NCBI GenBank assembly: GCA_029239675.1 | Contig: JARBUM010000018.1 | Location: 15,544 to 39,543 of the forward strand | DNA from: Pelosinus sp. | Lineage (GTDB): Bacteria; Bacillota; Negativicutes; DSM-13327 | DNA: 24,000 nucleotides | Direction of reading: 5' to 3' | Part shown: one piece after another, positions 8,311 to 17,020 of the stretch | Layout: every line of letters starts with the position of its first letter | Position numbering within the stretch: position 1 is the stretch's first letter | Translations under genes and position numbers: made by a program | The notes under the pieces: model-generated | What the model was told of the DNA's origin: nothing | Seen by the model: only the letters and a program-made list of their open reading frames with translations | The model's database searches: none

Positions 8311-9511
8311 GATACCCCTCCTGTACATGAATTATTTCCGCCTCAACCATTCCCTGATTAAGTATAATTTCAATTTTTTGTCCTGTCTCTAATATAGTAG
8401 CATCTTTTACTAATTGACCATCCATAGTGCGCAAGATACTATAGCCTCGCGCCAATACAGCGAGAGGATTTAACATAGCTAATTTTTCTGTAGTAATTCT
8501 AAAATCATGTTCTTTTTCCAGAATAATTTTCTTCATTCCCTGGTTCAAGCGTTGTATAGAATGATCTAATATCTGTTGACGAATTGCGAGACTTTCATAG
8601 GGATTTGTAAATACTCTACTCTGAGTAAATTGTTCTAGTCTTCTACTATTATTCTTTACTAGATTGCGAATATTGCCTTCTAACATATTGTGTAAAGCTG
8701 ATACATATTTATGAAGTTCTCTAACATCAGGTACAACAAATTCTGCCGCTTGAGATGGAGTAGCTGCTCTGCGATCAGCTACAAAATCCGCCAAGGTATA
8801 ATCCGTTTGATGACCTACTGCCGAAACAATGGGGATCTTTGATGCAGCAATGGCCCTTACTACCCTTTCATCATTAAACGCCCATAATTCTTCAATCGAA
8901 CCGCCACCACGTCCAACAATAATAACATCCACATCATTTAATTTGTTAAAGATTTCAATCCCATGTACAATTTGCATGGGGGCCTCAGTTCCTTGTACCT
9001 GCACTGGGTAAAGTTTCAATAAAATCCCAGGATGCCGTCTTTTTGATACAATAATAATATCCTTAATTACTGCGCCTGTTGGCGAGGTAACAATACCTAC
9101 TGCCTTAGGCAACAAGGGCAAGGTTTGCTTTCGTTCATCCGCAAATAACCCTTCACTCTCCAGCTTTTCTTTTAATTGAGAGAAAGCCAGACTTAATTCC
9201 CCAATTCCTTCTGGTGCCAGTTGATTTACATATAACTGATACTGGCCATCCCGCTCAAATACAGTTATTTGTCCCCCAGCAATTACTTTCATCCCATCTT
9301 TTGGTTCGAACTTGAGAAACTGAGCACGACTTTTAAACATAACTGCTCTAATGGTAGCATTACTATCTTTTAACGTAAAGTAACAGTGCCCAGAGTAATG
9401 TTTCTTAAAATTTGATATCTCGCCGCGTATGAATACAGAAACAACATTAGAATCGTATTCAAAAAGCTGTTTTATGTATTTTGTAATTTCGCTTACACTA
9501 ACTATATTCAT
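8276..9511 (-). CDS. xseA: Exodeoxyribonuclease VII large subunit
   Basis: N-terminal OB-fold region (SVSEITKYIKQLFE...GEISNFKKHYSGHCYFTLKD) and catalytic region with GRGGGSIEELWAFNDE. An SD (AAGGTGA) lies upstream of ATG 9511. Confidence 0.93.
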   Translation of the reverse strand: MNIVSVSEITKYIKQLFEYDSNVVSVFIRGEISNFKKHYSGHCYFTLKDSNATIRAVMFKSRAQFLKFEPKDGMKVIAGGQITVFERDGQYQLYVNQLAPEGIGELSLAFSQLKEKLESEGLFADERKQTLPLLPKAVGIVTSPTGAVIKDIIIVSKRRHPGILLKLYPVQVQGTEAPMQIVHGIEIFNKLNDVDVIIVGRGGGSIEELWAFNDERVVRAIAASKIPIVSAVGHQTDYTLADFVADRRAATPSQAAEFVVPDVRELHKYVSALHNMLEGNIRNLVKNNSRRLEQFTQSRVFTNPYESLAIRQQILDHSIQRLNQGMKKIILEKEHDFRITTEKLAMLNPLAVLARGYSILRTMDGQLVKDATILETGQKIEIILNQGMVEAEIIHVQEGYHGKGQEERGSK

Positions 9512-9547
9512 AAATCACCTTCGTCTGAAAAAATCATTTATCCGATG

Positions 9548-9603
9548 GTTAAGTCGCTCTAAGACTTTTGTACTCTATAAATGAAAGTTAAGAGCGGCTA
9601 AGA
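9548..9603 (-). repeat. Two related 16-mers, GTTAAG-N5-CTAAG, 40 bp apart in the xseA upstream region
   Basis: On the plus strand, gttaagtcgctctaag (9548-9563) and gttaagagcggctaag (9588-9603). The flanks are identical and the central pentamers are near reverse complements (TCGCT versus AGCGG). Confidence 0.35.
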
Positions 9604-9662
9604 TTTAACTGGAGCTAACACCCAATCCAAATCAAATCTTCTTTATCATATAACAAGAATAC

Positions 9663-9686
9663 AAAAAAAACCAGACAAAAGTCTGG
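9663..9686 (-). terminator. Rho-independent terminator ending the asp23-nusB-small ORF transcription unit
   Basis: The minus strand reads CCAGAC-UUUU-GUCUGG followed by an 8-U run (plus-strand A-run 9663-9670). It lies 11 nt after the small ORF stop. Confidence 0.7.
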
Positions 9687-9696
9687 ATAGTATCCT

Positions 9697-9834
9697 TCAA
9701 TATCGGCGCTGGTCAACAAATGGACGCGCTAAATAACCGCTAGCAGCACCCAATACAAACCAGAAAAAGCTTCCTGGAGGAATAAGATAACCTATCATAG
9801 CACCAATGGTCGCTCCTAATAACATATATCCCAA
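9697..9834 (-). CDS. Small hydrophobic membrane protein (45 aa), absent from the ORF track
   Basis: My translation of the minus strand is (M)GYMLLGATIGAMIGYLIPPGSFFWFVLGAASGYLARPFVDQRRY, then stop. The TTG start at 9834 is preceded by AAGGGAGG 8 nt upstream, and an in-frame ATG lies at 9825. The ORF is followed directly by a terminator. The protein is glycine-rich and hydrophobic with a basic C-terminus. I recognise no family. Confidence 0.55.
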   Translation of the reverse strand: MGYMLLGATIGAMIGYLIPPGSFFWFVLGAASGYLARPFVDQRRY

Positions 9835-9851
9835 GATAAAAGCCTCCCTTA

Positions 9852-9874
9852 CATATGATTTTATATATCATATG
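9852..9874 (-). promoter_or_regulatory. 8-bp perfect inverted repeat just upstream of the small ORF SD
   Basis: catatgat (9852-9859) and atcatatg (9867-9874) are separated by 7 nt. The repeat ends 1 nt from the AAGGGAGG SD. It could be an operator or an RNA hairpin; its function is unknown. Confidence 0.3.
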
Positions 9875-9967
9875 CAAAGGAATACATAATGGTACCAACA
9901 ATTAACGAATGTTACCGCCGAACCAGTATTGTAAGCACTTCAACACTCACAAATAAGCTTTCACTCT

Positions 9968-10372
9968 TTACTTTTTATTGACTAAAGATCCTAAAATGCC
10001 ATTTACAAAACGACTAGACTCTTCTGTACCAAAAAGTTTAGCTAATTCAACAGCCTCATTGATAACTACATTAGGCGGTAATGTTTCATTACCAAAACGC
10101 ATTTCATAAATTGCTATTCTAGCAATGTTACGATCAATCCCAGGCATACGGTCGATTTTCCACTCATTTGAAATTTTACCAATAATCGCATCAATCTCTT
10201 TTATGTGCTCCTGGGTTCCACTGACAAGATTCATTGTATATTTCTTAGTATTTTCAGCTATATTATTATGCTCGCTTAATATGATCTCTAATGCTTCATC
10301 TTTATCCGTATTGTTATAGTCTAGTTGAAATAAAGTCTGAAGTGCCATTTCTCTGGCTTTTCTACGGCTCAT
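9968..10372 (-). CDS. nusB: Transcription antitermination factor NusB
   Basis: MSRRKAREMALQTLFQLD N-terminus and an all-helical, NusB-sized (134 aa) protein ending ...FVNGILGSL. AGAGGGA SD. Confidence 0.93.
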   Translation of the reverse strand: MSRRKAREMALQTLFQLDYNNTDKDEALEIILSEHNNIAENTKKYTMNLVSGTQEHIKEIDAIIGKISNEWKIDRMPGIDRNIARIAIYEMRFGNETLPPNVVINEAVELAKLFGTEESSRFVNGILGSLVNKK

Positions 10373-10439
10373 AAATTCCCTCTTTTCTTATGCTTCAATC
10401 TATAGTATTAATATAATTTTCCTATTTCTAAATACTTAT

Positions 10440-10670
10440 TTATTGGCGATGATATCCTGGAGGTAATAATTTTCCCAGTATATCCATAATATCCTCTTTC
10501 TCGTCAATTCGCTTACCGACAATATAACCAGCTATCATACACACCATTACAAACATCGTATTAAAAAAACCAAATACAAGAATAAATATACCAACCAATA
10601 ATCCTATGACCATGCCAATAATCTTGCCACTATGATGCTGCCATACTTCTGCCAGTAATTCGGTTTTCAT
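10440..10670 (-). CDS. DUF2273 small integral membrane protein
   Basis: 76 aa with two predicted TM segments (IIGMVIGLLVGIFILVFGFF and MFVMVCMIAGYIVG). It sits directly after amaP in an asp23 cluster, which is the usual context for DUF2273. AAGGAG SD. Confidence 0.75.
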   Translation of the reverse strand: MKTELLAEVWQHHSGKIIGMVIGLLVGIFILVFGFFNTMFVMVCMIAGYIVGKRIDEKEDIMDILGKLLPPGYHRQ

Positions 10671-10711
10671 TTTTTCTACTCCTTTCTCTTGCTAAAAATC
10701 ATTCTTAGTTA

Positions 10712-11251
10712 TTACTCCACACGTTGCTTAGTCTTGAAATCATTGGATATATTCTCTACTAATATCTGAACGTCCACCAATTGAACACCAACTGTATTCT
10801 TTATATACTCATGAATTCTTTTTTGCAATTCTTCCGAAACATTTGGTACATTATTTTCTGGACTGATCACTGCTTTCAAAGATACTTTTAATCCTTGTCC
10901 ATCATGATTAACACGTACCTTTACTCCGCGTACTCCACGTGTATGTCTAGCAGTTTTCTCAACTAGATTCTTTATAGCATCAAGTGAAATATGTACATCA
11001 CCCATGTCTGTATGATGAACAATAGTATCTTTAACGCGGCGAGTACGAATTCCTGCCAATAATAATCGAAGACTCACCAAGAAAAACACCATCCCTAGCA
11101 AACCAGCTTCCCACTGGCCATTAATGTGTGAAATGCCTGTCCAAATCCATTCCAAAGAAATAAGGCGTAAAGAAAGCAGTACTACGCCCAATGATACCAA
11201 TGCCAACAATAATGTGTAAACAGATAAAATGATGCGATCAAAAATTCCCAT
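10712..11251 (-). CDS. amaP: Alkaline shock response membrane anchor protein AmaP
   Basis: Two N-terminal TM helices are followed by a soluble Asp23-like repeat region (HISLDAIKNLVEKTARHTRGVRGVKVRV...). It lies immediately downstream of asp23. AAAGGAG SD. Confidence 0.75.
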   Translation of the reverse strand: MGIFDRIILSVYTLLLALVSLGVVLLSLRLISLEWIWTGISHINGQWEAGLLGMVFFLVSLRLLLAGIRTRRVKDTIVHHTDMGDVHISLDAIKNLVEKTARHTRGVRGVKVRVNHDGQGLKVSLKAVISPENNVPNVSEELQKRIHEYIKNTVGVQLVDVQILVENISNDFKTKQRVE

Positions 11252-11289
11252 ACACTACTCCTTTCTAGACTTCTGCTACAACTTATCTT

Positions 11290-11691
11290 TTAACGCACAC
11301 GAAGATCTTCTTCTTTACCGTCTTGACCAAAACCAACGCCTTGAACATGAACATTTACTTCTACAACATCTAAGCCTGTCATAGACTCAATCCCACGTTT
11401 TACATTCTCCTGTACCCTTAAAGCAATATCTGGTATACGTACGCCATATTCTACAATTATATATAAATCCACAGCAGCTTCACGCTCGCCAACCTCTACT
11501 TTAACACCTTTTGCTAAGTTTTTTTTACCAAGCATCTCCGCAATACCGCCAACTAAACCTGCGCTCATTCCAGCTACTCCTGAAACTTCAGTAGCAGCCA
11601 TACCAGCAATAATCCCTACAACCTCATCCGCAATCCGAATAGATCCAACGTCATTATTTTCCATCTTCTCATTACGTTCTTGTTTATCCAC
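11290..11691 (-). CDS. Asp23/Gls24 family envelope stress response protein
   Basis: IRIADEVVGIIAGMAATEVSGVAGM and VEVNVHVQGV are typical Asp23 (DUF322) blocks. The start is uncertain. GTG at 11691 is preceded by GGGGGG 6 nt upstream. The maximal ORF starts with TTG at 11709, and ATG at 11664 is also possible. Confidence 0.88.
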   Translation of the reverse strand: MDKQERNEKMENNDVGSIRIADEVVGIIAGMAATEVSGVAGMSAGLVGGIAEMLGKKNLAKGVKVEVGEREAAVDLYIIVEYGVRIPDIALRVQENVKRGIESMTGLDVVEVNVHVQGVGFGQDGKEEDLRVR

Positions 11692-11763
11692 TAACAACCC
11701 CCCATTCAAGATAGTTTTTCACTACTATATATAATAATTCAATAACTTTTCTATAACTATATT

Positions 11764-11792
11764 ATTATAACAAACATTTTCCATCTTTACAA
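11764..11792 (-). promoter_or_regulatory. Sigma-A type promoter for the asp23 operon
   Basis: The minus strand reads TTGTAA, then a 17-nt spacer, then TATAAT. The spacer ends in TGT, giving an extended -10 (TGTTATAAT). The element lies about 55-100 nt upstream of the candidate asp23 starts. Confidence 0.55.
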
Positions 11793-11820
11793 ATTCACAC
11801 TAAATAAATTTTCTTCTATG

Positions 11821-12351
11821 TTAGGGTTTGGCGCTAATTGAAATATTCTCAGCCTTCACACCTGAAACTCTAGTTATAACATCTGCTACTTGAATTACCT
11901 CTTCATGGGAGAGTGAAGTGGTTTTGATAACGACGTTTACGGAATTTTCTCGAATAAACACAAGAGCATCTGCAAATCCACGAGATTTTATTAAACTTTC
12001 CATTTCAGCTTCTTTCTGTTTTTCTCCAATCATTTTTAAGACAGTATCTTGAGCTTGATTTCTACTATCATCGTTTTTAGCACTTTTAATACTTTCGCGC
12101 AACAGATCCGAACGCTCACTACGAATCTTATCTCTTTCTAATCGATATTCAATGAAAAAATCCGGACTACTAGTAGGTATGAGGGGCTCAGCTACACCCT
12201 TTGTAACAACTTGCATAGCATTGGAATGATTAACTCTAGCCTGTAGCATAGACTCAATATTAGCTATTACAACTATTATAGCTATACTAACCATTAATAC
12301 AAATACAAATACAATACTTCTATTTTTTTTATGGAAAGTAAATATTTTCAT
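11821..12351 (-). CDS. spoIIIAH: Stage III sporulation protein AH
   Basis: N-terminal TM segment, a charged linker and a C-terminal YscJ/FliF-like domain (ESLIKSRGFADALVFIRENSVNVVIKT...). This resembles the B. subtilis SpoIIIAH C-terminus. It is the last gene of the spoIIIA cluster. Confidence 0.88.
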   Translation of the reverse strand: MKIFTFHKKNRSIVFVFVLMVSIAIIVVIANIESMLQARVNHSNAMQVVTKGVAEPLIPTSSPDFFIEYRLERDKIRSERSDLLRESIKSAKNDDSRNQAQDTVLKMIGEKQKEAEMESLIKSRGFADALVFIRENSVNVVIKTTSLSHEEVIQVADVITRVSGVKAENISISAKP

Positions 12352-12361
12352 ACTATCTTCC

Positions 12362-12967
12362 TCACTTTTTTTGTGCTAATACAGTGATTTTATAAGAGGG
12401 AATACCTAAGCCTGACTCTACTGCTTTTGTTAAACTTGCCTTTACATTAGAATCATATGCACCATCTGCAATAACCAACACTCCTTTTATCATTGGCTTA
12501 ATTTCTCTCACAAGAACTGGACGGTCAATACCGTTTTCTTTCCCTACTAAAATCTGAGTGCTTTCTTTTCTTTCAGTAGTACTACGAATTCCTCCTGCAG
12601 TATCTTTCTCTTGAATGGTTTTACTTTCCGTTGTTATATTTTTTGCATGTTCCTGAGTGCTACTATTTTCCCATGTAATATTGACAATTACAGTTCCTGC
12701 TCCTTTTACTTGTGATAAGATATGAGCTAATTTTCCTTCTACAACATCTTCATAACTACGATTAACTGGTGCGGGATTTATTATAACTTCGTTAGAAATT
12801 TTGGGATCAGAATGTATAGATTGATGATCAATGACTCCTCCCAATACTAATAATCCGATCCCTAAGAGCCCTAGCCAGATCAGACGTGTGTTTATGGCCC
12901 CTTCTTTTAATAATTGTCTAGGCCATATTTTTTTTGTATAAGAGAGAACAGTTTCTAAGCTACTCAT
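12362..12967 (-). CDS. spoIIIAG: Stage III sporulation protein AG
   Basis: N-terminal TM segment and C-terminal GVLVIADGAYDSNVKASLTKAVESGLGIPSYKITVL, which matches the conserved SpoIIIAG end. ATG at 12967 is preceded by AAGGAG 8 nt upstream. The maximal ORF starts with GTG at 12976. Confidence 0.88.
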   Translation of the reverse strand: MSSLETVLSYTKKIWPRQLLKEGAINTRLIWLGLLGIGLLVLGGVIDHQSIHSDPKISNEVIINPAPVNRSYEDVVEGKLAHILSQVKGAGTVIVNITWENSSTQEHAKNITTESKTIQEKDTAGGIRSTTERKESTQILVGKENGIDRPVLVREIKPMIKGVLVIADGAYDSNVKASLTKAVESGLGIPSYKITVLAQKK

Positions 12968-12980
12968 TGTTAACACTCCT

Positions 12981-13586
12981 TTATGAATGTAGCATTCTTA
13001 TTTCTACTTTTTCTTTAGGAATTTGATACAGTTCCATTATCATTTCTGTAATTCTTTCCTTTAAGCCTGTATATAATTCTTCTGTTTTACCAGATTGCGT
13101 ACTAATCCGTATCTCCTTTATACTTGCGATTTTTTCACCTTTAGTGGAAATACCAGGTTTAATATATACTACAATGCTCTTAATGCCACTATCTGTATTA
13201 CTATTAATATCTACTACTACATTAGCATCAGCAACACCATCTACGGCCATGATTAAAATCCTCATTTGTTGACTCAATTCTTTTTTATAAATATCTAGTG
13301 ACAGTTTATCACGTTCATTTGTGACGTGATTCATTTCATTTGTTATTACACTTGAAATTTCAGAATTTGTACTGAGAGCAGGTATCTGGTTTGTAGATGT
13401 CAAATGATACTGAACTACATCAATGATGGGATTTAGGATTGCCAGCATAATAAATAATCCCATAATTACTCTTACAAAACGTTGCATACTGCTGCTTGGT
13501 AATAGTAACTCTAAAAAGGAAGCAAATAGAATAACAAAAATAATATTTCTAATCCAGTCAGTTAGCATTGAAATCAATAATAACAC
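12981..13586 (-). CDS. spoIIIAF: Stage III sporulation protein AF
   Basis: The N-terminus MLTDWIRNIIFVILFASFLELLLP resembles B. subtilis SpoIIIAF (two TM helices), followed by a soluble ring-building-motif-like domain. The true start is probably internal: TTG at 13577 has AGGTG 6 nt upstream, or ATG at 13568. Confidence 0.85.
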   Translation of the reverse strand: MLLLISMLTDWIRNIIFVILFASFLELLLPSSSMQRFVRVIMGLFIMLAILNPIIDVVQYHLTSTNQIPALSTNSEISSVITNEMNHVTNERDKLSLDIYKKELSQQMRILIMAVDGVADANVVVDINSNTDSGIKSIVVYIKPGISTKGEKIASIKEIRISTQSGKTEELYTGLKERITEMIMELYQIPKEKVEIRMLHS

Positions 13587-14747
13587 CTACCTTAACATCA
13601 TAGCTGCACTACCTGCAGCGATAATCATGGTAATTGCCAAAAAGAACATCAAAGCAACAGTTAATACTGCGCCAAAAACGAGTAGTAAATTATTTCCCAT
13701 TGCGTCAAGACATTTTGCCATCTTCTCATCACCCAATGGTTGTACCAAAGCACCAGAAATTTTTATAACAAAAATTAAAGATAATAATTTAACAACCGGA
13801 AATACGCAAATCATAAATACTGCAATAACACCAAAAATACCAACAGCATTCTTTAATAACAAGGAAGCTCCCATTACTAATTCTACCGTATCAGCAAACA
13901 TTTTCCCGACAACAGGAACAAAAGTTGCTGTTGCGAACTTAGCTGTTCGAAGAGCTAAGCCATCTGCTACACTCCCTGCCGCACCTTGAATAGTAATAAT
14001 CCCAATAAAAATTACCATTGAAAAGCCCAGTATTATCATACCTAATTGTTTTAAAACGCCTGCTAGGTTACTCAAACGATAAGTATCTGATAAATAGTTT
14101 AAGCATTCAAGAGCAGCTGTTAGAAAAAGTAGAGGTAAAACTACATCTTTGACAATAACACTCATACTACTTATAACAAAAAGCATTAATGGCGTAAATA
14201 AGCTCGCAGAAGTTAAAGCTCCCACACCTGCTAATAGAGAAATTAACAAAGGCAATAAAGACTCCATAAAACCAACCATATATTCTACAGTTTGGCTAGC
14301 TAGTTTCAAAGCATTATAAAATGCAGTAAGAGCAATGGATGACATAAAGATAAAACAAACGTTATAAGTTAATAACGAAATACTGGATTGTTCAAATGAG
14401 TTCTGCAAATTTTTTAATACAGCGCACAATACGGCTAAAAATAGAAGTTTTCCCATTAAATGAATATTCGCCTTAACTTCATGAAAAAAATTACTTATTA
14501 TTGTTTGCCACACATTTTCCCAGCTTATATGTAATCCTTTTGTCGCTATACCATGAATAACATCGCTCGTTAATAAAGGAATTTCTCCATTCAGTTCCTG
14601 GTTCATCTTACTAATAAACTGGTTCACATGTTCAGGTGATACCGTTCCGAATAACTGTTGCTCAATTTCACCACTATTCAACGGAGTGGCAATAACAACA
14701 GATATATTTATTAGTAATAATACTGTAATCAAAATGCATATTCTCAT
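13587..14747 (-). CDS. spoIIIAE: Stage III sporulation protein AE
   Basis: Signal-like N-terminus followed by a polytopic (about 7 TM) membrane protein of 386 aa, in the expected position and size for SpoIIIAE. AAGGTGGG SD. Confidence 0.88.
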   Translation of the reverse strand: MRICILITVLLLINISVVIATPLNSGEIEQQLFGTVSPEHVNQFISKMNQELNGEIPLLTSDVIHGIATKGLHISWENVWQTIISNFFHEVKANIHLMGKLLFLAVLCAVLKNLQNSFEQSSISLLTYNVCFIFMSSIALTAFYNALKLASQTVEYMVGFMESLLPLLISLLAGVGALTSASLFTPLMLFVISSMSVIVKDVVLPLLFLTAALECLNYLSDTYRLSNLAGVLKQLGMIILGFSMVIFIGIITIQGAAGSVADGLALRTAKFATATFVPVVGKMFADTVELVMGASLLLKNAVGIFGVIAVFMICVFPVVKLLSLIFVIKISGALVQPLGDEKMAKCLDAMGNNLLLVFGAVLTVALMFFLAITMIIAAGSAAMMLR

Positions 14748-14759
14748 TTGTAGCCCACC

Positions 14760-15155
14760 TTATGGAATCAATCTCACTATGGTATCCATTACTAAAGCAA
14801 TAATCGGAATAGCCATTACCATAACTAGTACTTTGCCAGCAAACTCAATCTTGCCCGCTACGGCTCCCTCACCAGCATCTCTACAAACTTGAGCACCAAA
14901 TTCAGTTATATAGGCAATGCCAATAATCTTTAAAATAGTATTTAAATACATTTGACTAATATTAGCCTTTTCTGCCATGTCACGAAACAAGTTTAAAACA
15001 ATATTAATTTTAGTGAGTATGAGCAAAAAAATAATACTTGCTAAAGCCAAACTTAACTGTACAGCAATTTCCGGTTTCTCTCGCTTAATAATTAAAATAA
15101 GCAAAGTTACAATAAATCCAAGACCGACTATCTGAATAATTTCCACACCCTGCAC
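14760..15155 (-). CDS. spoIIIAD: Stage III sporulation protein AD
   Basis: EIIQIVGLGFIVTLLILII resembles the B. subtilis SpoIIIAD N-terminus. The protein has about 4 TM segments and a size of about 130 aa. The second GTG at 15146 has the better SD spacing (GGGG plus 6 nt). Confidence 0.85.
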   Translation of the reverse strand: MQGVEIIQIVGLGFIVTLLILIIKREKPEIAVQLSLALASIIFLLILTKINIVLNLFRDMAEKANISQMYLNTILKIIGIAYITEFGAQVCRDAGEGAVAGKIEFAGKVLVMVMAIPIIALVMDTIVRLIP

Positions 15156-15158
15156 CCC

Positions 15159-15356
15159 TTAAAATAACTTAAAAACATCCTGTACAGTGCTGAATAACTT
15201 ACCCAATAATTGAACAACCCATAATAATACTACGGTAAATCCTGCTAATGTACATAAATGCGCCATATCCTCTTTACCTGCCTGCTTTAGTGCCGTATGA
15301 AAAACGGAGACTAAAATTCCAACACCAGCAATTTTGAATAATATATCCAGACCCAT
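15159..15356 (-). CDS. spoIIIAC: Stage III sporulation protein AC
   Basis: 65-aa two-TM protein (MGLDILFKIAGVGILVSVFHTALKQAGKEDMAHL...). ATG at 15356 is preceded by GGAGGAGGAG. The maximal ORF extends to 15389. Confidence 0.87.
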   Translation of the reverse strand: MGLDILFKIAGVGILVSVFHTALKQAGKEDMAHLCTLAGFTVVLLWVVQLLGKLFSTVQDVFKLF

Positions 15357-15432
15357 TATTCTCCTCCTCCATAATCTTTGCATATACAAATCTATATCCC
15401 TATTTTAAAAAGATATTACTTTATGATTTGTA

Positions 15433-15951
15433 TCAGACTAGTATAATAACAATAGCCAATCCACCACAAATCCCTAAATAGCGATACATTTTTGTATTAA
15501 GATCACGTAGTCTTGTTGCTTCATTCTCAAACCGCTCTAATTGTTCAATGACCATCAAAAGATATTTTTCCTGTTCTATACAATTCATGGTTCCTAGATT
15601 TCCGCCTAAAACATTTAGTACTTCTATCTCTGGTTTTTTTAGCATTAAGATTCCTTGCATCTCATTTAGAACCTTTTTTATAATCTCCTGCGGCGTTAAT
15701 GCACCATTTTTTTCTAACATGGCTGCTACATCCTGAAAAAATATTGCTACCGGCCCATTTGTCCCTTTGGTGCATTGAGCAACGGCTTCATGTAAAGGTA
15801 AGCAAGCATATATAATATGAGATCGTAGTGAGCCTAGACAACTTATAATTTGCCTAAGATGACGAGGTCTTCCCTGGCAACGAGAGGCCATTTGAAATCC
15901 AATATAGGAACTTGCCACTAAAACTAAAATACTACCAATTAATTTCAGCAT
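15433..15951 (-). CDS. spoIIIAB: Stage III sporulation protein AB
   Basis: 172 aa with N- and C-terminal TM segments flanking a helical cytoplasmic (GspF-like) domain. Position and size match SpoIIIAB. AAGGAG SD. Confidence 0.85.
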   Translation of the reverse strand: MLKLIGSILVLVASSYIGFQMASRCQGRPRHLRQIISCLGSLRSHIIYACLPLHEAVAQCTKGTNGPVAIFFQDVAAMLEKNGALTPQEIIKKVLNEMQGILMLKKPEIEVLNVLGGNLGTMNCIEQEKYLLMVIEQLERFENEATRLRDLNTKMYRYLGICGGLAIVIILV

Positions 15952-15998
15952 CTTATCTTACTCCTTATTACTATTGCTAACATTTCCCACCAAATAGA

Positions 15999-16997
15999 TC
16001 ATTTAGTTCCTGCATCCCATAAAACCTCGTTATTTTCACTATCAATAATTTTTTTTATTGTACCTACGCATGGGGTGTCATCCAGCACAACATAACGATG
16101 AAAATATTTATTCTGTAATAAATCTCCAACATAAGGTCGATCCAATAATTCATTAATGTCCTTGCCATGAACTGTTGTTAGAACACTTACTCCTGCATTC
16201 AAAGCTTCACGCACAGCATATATATCTTCAGAGCGCCCTAGTTCATCTGTTGCAACTACTGCTGGTGACATAGAACGAATTAACATAAGTATGCCAATTG
16301 CTTTCGGACAACTATCAAGTACATCTGTCCGAATACCCAAATCTACTGTACTTATGCCATTCTTACAAGCAGCTATTTCAGAACGTTCATCAACAACTCC
16401 AACTTGTAACCCTTTGCACATTTTAGATCCCATACTAATTTGTCTAATCAAATCTCGTAGAATAGTTGTCTTACCGCAACGAGGTGGCGAAATAATCAAA
16501 GTATTTAATACACGTCCTTCCTTTGTGACAATATAGGGCATAATTAAATTAGCACAACCTTTTACTTCTCGTGCTATACGAATATTAAGGCAAGTAATGT
16601 TTTTTAGAGATTTTACGACTCCAGCATCCAATATTGCCTGTCCAGCCAAACCGATCCTATGTCCACCATCAATTGTTAAATAACCCATCTTCAGCTCATG
16701 TTCAAAAGCATATAAAGAATTTTTACTAATGAATTGCAATGTTTTATGTATATCTTCTTGATTGCATAAGTAAGATTCATTATAATTCGTAGCAATTTTC
16801 CCCATAGGACTTATGGTGATATCACTATTTCCTAAAACTAGCAATAAAGGCTGATTGATTCTTAAGCGAATTTCGGTTAAATCAGCTAATTTTTCAAAGG
16901 ATACAGTGCTAATCATTGCAACTAAATTATGGGGCAAAACAGGATAAATATATTTCTCTAATATTTCTTGAATTACAATATTTTTATTATTAGCCAT
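15999..16997 (-). CDS. spoIIIAA: Stage III sporulation protein AA (secretion-type AAA+ ATPase)
   Basis: Walker A SPPRCGKTTILRD and Walker B-like PAVVATDELG. It is the first gene of the eight-gene cluster. AAGGAAG SD. Confidence 0.9.
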   Translation of the reverse strand: MANNKNIVIQEILEKYIYPVLPHNLVAMISTVSFEKLADLTEIRLRINQPLLLVLGNSDITISPMGKIATNYNESYLCNQEDIHKTLQFISKNSLYAFEHELKMGYLTIDGGHRIGLAGQAILDAGVVKSLKNITCLNIRIAREVKGCANLIMPYIVTKEGRVLNTLIISPPRCGKTTILRDLIRQISMGSKMCKGLQVGVVDERSEIAACKNGISTVDLGIRTDVLDSCPKAIGILMLIRSMSPAVVATDELGRSEDIYAVREALNAGVSVLTTVHGKDINELLDRPYVGDLLQNKYFHRYVVLDDTPCVGTIKKIIDSENNEVLWDAGTK

Positions 16998-17020
16998 ATC
17001 TTTTACTTCCTTTCTTTACA

